The notes below the pieces were generated by a model that was not told the DNA's origin, did no database searches, and worked only from the letters and a program-made list of their open reading frames with translations. From Eledone cirrhosa (taxonomy: Eukaryota), in contig OZ024741.1 of NCBI GenBank assembly GCA_964016885.1, forward strand, positions 24,242,001 through 24,306,000: a stretch of DNA of 64,000 bases, read 5' to 3'. The first letter of the stretch is position 1; every line of letters begins with the position of its first letter. The translations under genes were made by a program, and so were the position numbers. Below are positions 55,701 to 64,000 of this stretch, in pieces.

Positions 55701-58700
55701 AACTCTAATCCAGTACATATATAGTAAAAGACTGTGCTGCAGCCATGACCTAACCCTAATCCAGTACATATATAGTAAAAGACTGTGCTTCAGCTGTCAC
55801 CTAACCCTAATCCAGTACATATATAGTAAAAGACTGTGCTTCAGCCATGACCTAACCCTAATCCAGTACATATATAGTAAAAGACTGTGCTTCAGCTGTC
55901 ACCTAACTCTAATCCACTACATATATAGTAAAAGACTGTGCTTCAGCCATGACCTAACCCTAATCCAGTACATATATAGTAAAAGACTGTGCTTCAGCTG
56001 TCACCTAACTCTAATCCAGTACATATATAGTAAAAGACTGTGCTGCAGCCATGACCTAACCCTAATCCAGTACATATATAGTAAAAGACTGTGCTTCAGC
56101 TGTCACCTAACCCTAATCCAGTACATATATAGTAAAAGACTGTGCTTCAGCTGTCACCTAACTCTAATCCAGTACATATATAGTAAAAGACTGTGCTGCA
56201 GCCATGACCTAACCCTAATCCAGTACATATATAGTAAAAGACTGTGCTTCAGCTGTCACCTAACTCTAATCCAGTACATATATAGTAAAAGACTGTGCTT
56301 CAGCCATGACCTAACCATAATCCAGTACATATATAGTAAAAGACTGTGCTGCAGCCATGACCTAACCCTAATCCAGTACATATATAGTAAAAGACTGTGC
56401 TTCAGCTGTCACCTAACTCTAATCCAGTACATATATAGTAAAAGACTGTGCTTCAGCCATGACCTAACCATAATCCAGTACATATATAGTAAAAGACTGT
56501 GCTGCAGCCATGACCTAACCCTAATCCAGTACATATATAGTAAAAGACTGTGCTTCAGCTGTCACCTAAACCTAATCCAGTACATCTATAGTAAAAGACT
56601 GTGCTTCAGCCATGACCTAACTCTAATCCAGTAGTTATATAGTAAAAAACTGTGCTTCAGCTGTCACCTAACCCTAATCCAGTACATATATAGTAAAAGA
56701 CTGTGCTTCAGCTGTCACCTAAACCTAATCCAGTACATCTATAGTAAAAGACTGTGCTTCAGCCATGACCTAACTCTAATCCAGTAGTTATATAGTAAAA
56801 AACTGTGCTTCAGCTGTCACCTAACCCTAATCCAGTACATATATAGTAAAAGACTGTGCTTCAGCTGTCACCTAACCCTAATCCAGTACATATATAGTAA
56901 AAGACTGTGCTTCAGCTGTCACCTAACCCTAATCCTGTACATATATAGTAAAAGACTGTGCTTCAGCCATGACCTAACCCTAATCCAGTACATATATAGT
57001 AAAAGACTGTGCTTCAGCTGTCACCGAACTCTAATCCAGTACATATATAGTAAAAGACCGTGCCTCAGCCATGACCTAACTCTAATCCAGTACATATATA
57101 GTAAAAGACCGTGCTTCAGCTGTCACCTAACCCTAATCCAGTACATATATAGTAAAAGACTGTGCTTCAGCTGTCACCTAACTCTAATCCAGTACATATA
57201 TAGTAAAAGACCGTGCTTCAGCTGTCACCTAACTCTAATCCAGTGGATATATAGTAAAAGACTGTGCCTCAGCTGTGACCTAACCCTAATCCAGTACATA
57301 TATAGTAAAAGACTGTGCTTCAGCTGTCACCTAACTCTAATCCGGTACATATATAGTAAAAGACTGTGCTTCAGCTGTCACCTAACTCTAATCCGGTACA
57401 TATATAGTAAAAGACTGTGCTTCAGCTGTCACCTAACTCTAATCCAGTACATATATAGTAAAAGACTGTGCTGCAGCCATGACCTAACCCTAATCCAGTA
57501 CATATATAGTAAAAAACTGTGCTTCAGCTGTCACCTAACCCTAATCCAGTACATATATAATAAAAGACTGTGCTTCAGCTGTCACCTAACCCTAATCCAG
57601 TACATATATAATAAAAGACTGTGCTGCAGCCATGACCTAACCATAATCCAGTACATATATAGTAAAAGACTGTGCTTCAGCCATGACCTAACCCTAATCC
57701 AGTACTTATATAGTAAAAAACTGTGCTTCAGCTGTCACCTAAACCTAATCCAGTACATCTATAGTAAAAGACTGTGCTTCAGCCATGACCTAACCCTAAT
57801 CCAGTACATATATAGTAAAAGACTGTGCTTCAGCTGTGACCTAACCCTAATCCAGTACATATATAGTAAAAGACTGTGCTTCAGCTGTCACCTAACTCTA
57901 ATCCAGTACATATATAGTAAAAAACTGTGCTTCAGCTGTCACCTAACCCTAATCCAGTACATATATAATAAAAGACTGTGCTTCAGCTGTCACCTAACCC
58001 TAATCCAGTACATATATAATAAAAGACTGTGCTGCAGCCATGATCTAACCATAATCCAGTACATATATAGTAAAAGACTGTGCTTCAGCCATGACCTAAC
58101 CCTAATCCAGTACATATATAGTAAAAGACTGTGCTTCAGCTGTCACCTAAACCTAATCCAGTACATCTATAGTAAAAGACTGTGCTTCAGCCATGACCTA
58201 ACCCTAATCCAGTACATATATAGTAAAAGACTGTGCTTCAGCTGTCACCTAACTCTAATCCAGTACATATATAGTAAAAGACTGTGCTGCAGCCATGACC
58301 TAACCCTAATCCAGTACATATATAGTAAAAGACTGTGCTTCAGCTGTCACCTAAACCTAATCCAGTACATCTATAGTAAAAGACTGTGCTTCAGCCATGA
58401 CCTAACCCTAATCCAGTACATATATAGTAAAAGACTGTGCTTCAGCTGTGACCTAACCCTAATCCAGTACATATATAGTAAAAGACTGTGCTTCAGCTGT
58501 CACCTAACTCTAATCCAGTACATATATAGAAAAAGACTGTGCTGCAGCTGTCACCTAACTCTAATCCAGTACATATATAGTAAAAGACTGTGCTGCAGCC
58601 ATGACCTAACCCTAATCCAGTACATATATAGTAAAAGACTGTGCTTCAGCTGTCACCTAAACCTAATCCAGTACATCTATAGTAAAAGACTGTGCTTCAG

Positions 58701-61700
58701 CTGTCACCTAACTCTAATCCAGTACATATATAGTAAAAGACTGTGCTGCAGCCATGACCTAACCCTAATCCAGTACATATATAGTAAAAGACTGTGCTTC
58801 AGCTGTCACCTAACCCTAATCCAGTACATATATAGTAAAAGACTGTGCTTCAGCCATGACCTAACCCTAATCCAGTACATATATAGTAAAAGACTGTGCT
58901 TCAGCTGTCACCTAACTCTAATCCACTACATATATAGTAAAAGACTGTGCTTCAGCCATGACCTAACCCTAATCCAGTACATATATAGTAAAAGACTGTG
59001 CTTCAGCTGTCACCTAACTCTAATCCAGTACATATATAGTAAAAGACTGTGCTGCAGCCATGACCTAACCCTAATCCAGTACATATATAGTAAAAGACTG
59101 TGCTTCAGCTGTCACCTAACCCTAATCCAGTACATATATAGTAAAAGACTGTGCTTCAGCTGTCACCTAACTCTAATCCAGTACATATATAGTAAAAGAC
59201 TGTGCTGCAGCCATGACCTAACCCTAATCCAGTACATATATAGTAAAAGACTGTGCTTCAGCTGTCACCTAACTCTAATCCAGTACATATATAGTAAAAG
59301 ACTGTGCTTCAGCCATGACCTAACCATAATCCAGTACATATATAGTAAAAGACTGTGCTGCAGCCATGACCTAACCCTAATCCAGTACATATATAGTAAA
59401 AGACTGTGCTTCAGCTGTCACCTAACTCTAATCCAGTACATATATAGTAAAAGACTGTGCTTCAGCCATGACCTAACCATAATCCAGTACATATATAGTA
59501 AAAGACTGTGCTGCAGCCATGACCTAACCCTAATCCAGTACATATATAGTAAAAGACTGTGCTTCAGCTGTCACCTAAACCTAATCCAGTACATCTATAG
59601 TAAAAGACTGTGCTTCAGCCATGACCTAACTCTAATCCAGTAGTTATATAGTAAAAAACTGTGCTTCAGCTGTCACCTAACCCTAATCCAGTACATATAT
59701 AGTAAAAGACTGTGCTTCAGCTGTCACCTAAACCTAATCCAGTACATCTATAGTAAAAGACTGTGCTTCAGCCATGACCTAACTCTAATCCAGTAGTTAT
59801 ATAGTAAAAAACTGTGCTTCAGCTGTCACCTAACCCTAATCCAGTACATATATAGTAAAAGACTGTGCTTCAGCTGTCACCTAACCCTAATCCAGTACAT
59901 ATATAGTATAAGACTGTGCTTCAGCTGTCACCTAACTCTAATCCAGTACATATATAGTAAAAGACTGTGCTGCAGCCATGACCTAACCCTAATCCAGTAC
60001 ATATATAGTAAAAGAATGTGCTTCAGCTGTCACCTAACTCTAATCCAGTACATATATAGTAAAAGACTGTGCTGCAGCCATGACCTAACCCTAATCCAGT
60101 ACATATATAGTAAAAGACTGTGCTTCAGCTGTGACCTAACTCTAATCCAGTACATATATAGTAAAAGACTGTGCTTCAGCTGTCACCTAACTCTAATCCA
60201 GTACATATATAGTAAAAGACTGTGCTGCAGCCATGACCTAACCCTAATCCAGTACATATATAGTAAAAGACTGTGCTTCAGCTGTCACCTAACTCTAATC
60301 CAGTACATATATAGTAAAAGACTGTGCTTCAGCTGTCACCTAACTCTAATCCAGTACATATATAGTAAAAGACTGTGCTGCAGCCATGACCTAACCCTAA
60401 TCCAGTACATATATAGTAAAAAACTGTGCTTCAGCTGTCACCTAACCCTAATCCAGTACATATATAATAAAAGACTGTGCTTCAGCTGTCACCTAACCCT
60501 AATGCAGTACATATATAATAAAAGACTGTGCTGCAGCCATGACCTAACCATAATCCAGTACATATATAGTAAAAGACTGTGCTTCAGCCATGACCTAACC
60601 CTAATCCAGTACTTATATAGTAAAAAACTGTGCTTCAGCTGTCACCTAACCCTAATCCAGTACATATATAGTAAAAGACTGTGCTTCAGCTGTCACCTAA
60701 CTCTAATCCAGTACATATATAGTAATAGACCATGTTTCAGCTGTGACCTAACCCTAATCCAGTACATATATAGTAAAAGACTGTGCTTCAGCCATGACCT
60801 AACCCTAATACAGTACATATATAGTAAAAGACTGTGCTTCAGCCATGACCTAACCCTAATCCAGTACATATATAGTAAAAGACTGTGCTTCAGACATGAC
60901 CTAACCCTAATCCAGTACATATAGAGTAAAAACTGTGCTTCAGCTGTCACCTAACCCTAATCCAGTACATATATAGTAAAAGACTGTGTTTCAGCTGTCA
61001 CCTAACCCTAATCCAGTACATATATAGTAAAAGACCGTGCTTCAGCCATGACCTAACCCTAATCCAGTACATATATAGTAAAAGACTGTGCTTCAGCCAT
61101 GACCTAACCCTAATCCAGTACATATATAGTAAAAGACTGTGCTTCAGCTGTCACCTAACCCTAATCCAGTACATATATAGTAAAAACTGTGCTTCAGCTG
61201 ACTCCTAACCCTAATCCAGTACATATATAGTAAAAGACTGTGCTTCAGCTGTCACCTAACTCTAATCCAGTACATATATAGTAAAAGACCGTGCTTCAGC
61301 CATGACGTAACTTTAATCCAATCCATATATAGTAAAAGACTGTGCTTCAGCCATGACCTAACCCTAATCCAGTACATATATAGTAAAAGACCGTACTTCA
61401 GCCATGACGTAACTTTAATCCAATCCATATATAGTAAAAGACTGTGCTTCAGCTGTCACCTAACTCTAATCCTGTACATATATAGTAAAAGACCGTGTTT
61501 CAGCTGTGACCTAACCCTAATCCAGTACATATATAGTAAAAGACTGTGCTTCAGCTGTCACCTAACTCTAATCCAGTACATATATAGTAAAAGACCGTGT
61601 TTCAGCTGTGACCTAATCCTAATCCAGTACATATATAGTAAAAGACTGTGCTTCAGCCATGACCTAACCCTAATCCAGTACATATATAGTAAAAGACTGT

Positions 61701-64000
61701 GCTTCAGCCATGACCTAACCCTAATCCAGTACATATATAGTAAAAGACTGTGCTTCAGCCATGACCTAACCCTAATCCAGTACATATATAGTAAAAGACT
61801 GTGCTTCAGCTGTCACCTAACCCTAATCAAGTACATATATAGTAAAAGACTGTGCTTCAGCTGACTCCTAACCCTAATCCAGTACATATATAGTAAAAGA
61901 CTGTGCTTCAGCTGTCACCTAACTCTAATCCAGTACATATATAGTAAAAGACCGTGCTTCAGCCATGACGTAACTTTAATCCAATCCATATATAGTAAAA
62001 GACTGTGCTTCAGCCATGACCTAACCCTAATCCAGTACATATATAGTAAAAGACCGTACTTCAGCCATGACGTAACTTTAATCCAATCCATATATAGTAA
62101 AAGACTGTGCTTCAGCTGTCACCTAACTCTAATCCTGTACATATATAGTAAAAGACTGTGCTTCAGCTGTCACCTAACCCTAATCCAGTACATATATAGT
62201 AAAAGACTGTGCTTCAGCTGTCACCTAACCCTAATCCTGTACATATATAGTAAAAGACTGTGCTTCAGCCATGACCTAACCCTAATCCAGTACATATATA
62301 GTAAAAGACTGTGCTTCAGCTGTCACCGAACTCTAATCCAGTACATATATAGTAAAAGACCGTGCCTCAGCCATGACCTAACTCTAATCCAGTACATATA
62401 TAGTAAAAGACCGTGCTTCAGCTGTCACCTAACCCTAATCCAGTACATATATAGTAAAAGACTGTGCTTCAGCTGTCACCTAACTCTAATCCAGTACATA
62501 TATAGTAAAAGACCGTGCTTCAGCTGTCACCTAACTCTAATCCAGTGCATATATAGTAAAAGACTGTGCCTCAGCTGTGACCTAACCCTAATCCAGTACA
62601 TATATAGTAAAAGACTGTGCTTCAGCTGTCACCTAACTCTAATCCGGTACATATATAGTAAAAGACTGTGCTTCAGCTGTCACCTAACTCTAATCCGGTA
62701 CATATATAGTAAAAGACTGTGCTTCAGCTGTCACCTAACTCTAATCCAGTACATATATAGTAAAAGACTGTGCTGCAGCCATGACCTAACCCTAATCCAG
62801 TACATATATAGTAAAAAACTGTGCTTCAGCTGTCACCTAACCCTAATCCAGTACATATATAATAAAAGACTGTGCTTCAGCTGTCACCTAACCCTAATCC
62901 AGTACATATATAATAAAAGACTGTGCTGCAGCCATGACCTAACCATAATCCAGTACATATATAGTAAAAGACTGTGCTTCAGCCATGACCTAACCCTAAT
63001 CCAGTACTTATATAGTAAAAAACTGTGCTTCAGCTGTCACCTAAACCTAATCCAGTACATCTATAGTAAAAGACTGTGCTTCAGCCATGACCTAACCCTA
63101 ATCCAGTACATATATAGTAAAAGACTGTGCTTCAGCTGTGACCTAACCCTAATCCAGTACATATATAGTAGAAGACTGTGCTTCAGCTGTCACCTAACTC
63201 TAATCCAGTACATATATAGTAAAAAACTGTGCTTCAGCTGTCACCTAACCCTAATCCAGTACATATATAATAAAAGACTGTGCTTCAGCTGTCACCTAAC
63301 CCTAATCCAGTACATATATAATAAAAGACTGTGCTGCAGCCATGACCTAACCATAATCCAGTACATATATAGTAAAAGACTGTGCTTCAGCCATGACCTA
63401 ACCCTAATCCAGTACATATATAGTAAAAGACTGTGCTTCAGCTGTCACCTAAACCTAATCCAGTACATCTATAGTAAAAGACTGTGCTTCAGCTGTCACC
63501 TAGCTCTAATCCAGTACATATATAGTAAAAGACTGTGCTGCAGCCATGACCTAACCCTAATCCAGTACATATATAGTAAAAGACTGTGCTTCAGCTGTCA
63601 CCTAAACCTAATCCAGTACATCTATAGTAAAAGACTGTGCTTCAGCTGTCACCTAACCCTAATCCAGTACATATATAGTAAAAGACTGTGCTTCAGCCAT
63701 GACCTAACCCTAATCCAGTACATATATAGTAAAAGACTGTGCTTCAGCTGTCACCTAACTCTAATCCAGTACATATATAGTAAAAGACTGTGCTTCAGCC
63801 ATGACCTAACCCTAATCCAGTACATATATAGTAAAAGACTGTGCTTCAGCTGTCACCTAACTCTAATCCAGTACATATATAGTAAAAGACTGTGCTGCAG
63901 CCATGACCTAACCCTAATCCAGTACATATATAGTAAAAGACTGTGCTTCAGCTGTCACCTAACCCTAATCCAGTACATATATAGTAAAAGACTGTGCTTC
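49750..64000. repeat. Domain IV: mixed sub-array organised as blocks X-Y-Z-X-Z-X-Y-Z
   Basis: Markers CAGTAGTTA (51332, 56634, 59643), CAGTGG/CAGTGC (54236, 57245, 62547) and ORF pairs 51705/60016, 52382/60693 and 53247/61558 give offsets of 5302, 3009 and 8311 bp. Confidence 0.85.

Larger units (their letters stand above)
1..64000. repeat. 51-bp tandem repeat (satellite) array, about 1,255 copies, running off both ends of the window
   Basis: The motif CCAGTACATATATAGTAAAAGACTGTGC recurs every 51 bp from base 1 to 64000. Most monomers differ from consensus by 0-4 substitutions, and rare 1-2 bp indels give 49, 50 or 52-bp units. No inversion or non-repeat insertion was seen. Confidence 0.99.

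Noticed and set aside
576-60924. Plus-strand ORFs (up to 1234 aa) as protein-coding genes, for example multiheme cytochrome or zinc finger
   Set aside because: They are pure translations of the 51-bp unit. They start at chance ATG/GTG variants and end at propagated frameshifts or stops, with no unique domains. Kept only as a low-probability finding.
4260-61785. Minus-strand ORFs (MYWIRVRSWLKHSLLLY)n
   Set aside because: They simply mark runs of non-A monomers, because type A supplies a TGA. No independent evidence of coding.
1-64000. CRISPR array (constant segment alternating with a variable segment)
   Set aside because: The variable part is a few point variants of one sequence rather than unique spacers, and there is no leader or cas gene.
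1-64000. True telomere tract or G-quadruplex array
   Set aside because: There is never more than about 1.8 TTAGGG units in a row and only one GGG per 51 bp, so it is neither a telomerase-type tract nor a canonical G4 motif.
1-64000. Whole array as a synthetic or sequencing artefact
   Set aside because: Hierarchically shared variants and nested duplications with consistent indel arithmetic indicate real evolutionary history. Individual near-identical duplications could still be assembly errors.

Overview
The whole 64 kb window is one uninterrupted head-to-tail tandem array (satellite/minisatellite DNA) of a 51-bp monomer, about 1,255 copies, all in one orientation. Consensus: TATATAGTAAAAGACTGTGCTTCAGC[TGTC/CATG]ACCTAACCCTAATCCAGTACA, about 39% GC, C-rich on the + strand. 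I saw no unique sequence, gene, RNA gene, transposon or CRISPR spacer. The listed ORFs follow from 51 bp = 17 codons with one stop-free frame on each strand. The interest is in the array's internal structure: (i) an embedded telomere-like core (minus strand TTAGGGTTAGG) that is also the most variable part of the monomer; (ii) two major monomer types whose TG vs CA difference looks like opposite-strand decay of one CpG; (iii) four compositional domains; (iv) nested kb-scale duplications with offsets of n x 51 plus or minus shared indels (4281, 3820, 3414, 1324, 3974, 4386, 1939, 2344, 1683, 3213, 561, 3009, 5302, 8311 bp); (v) an old marker cassette found on both flanks of a more homogeneous centre. 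A eukaryotic, possibly subtelomeric or heterochromatic, origin is an inference. I cannot identify the organism or the repeat family. Domain and duplication boundaries are approximate and were read by eye.
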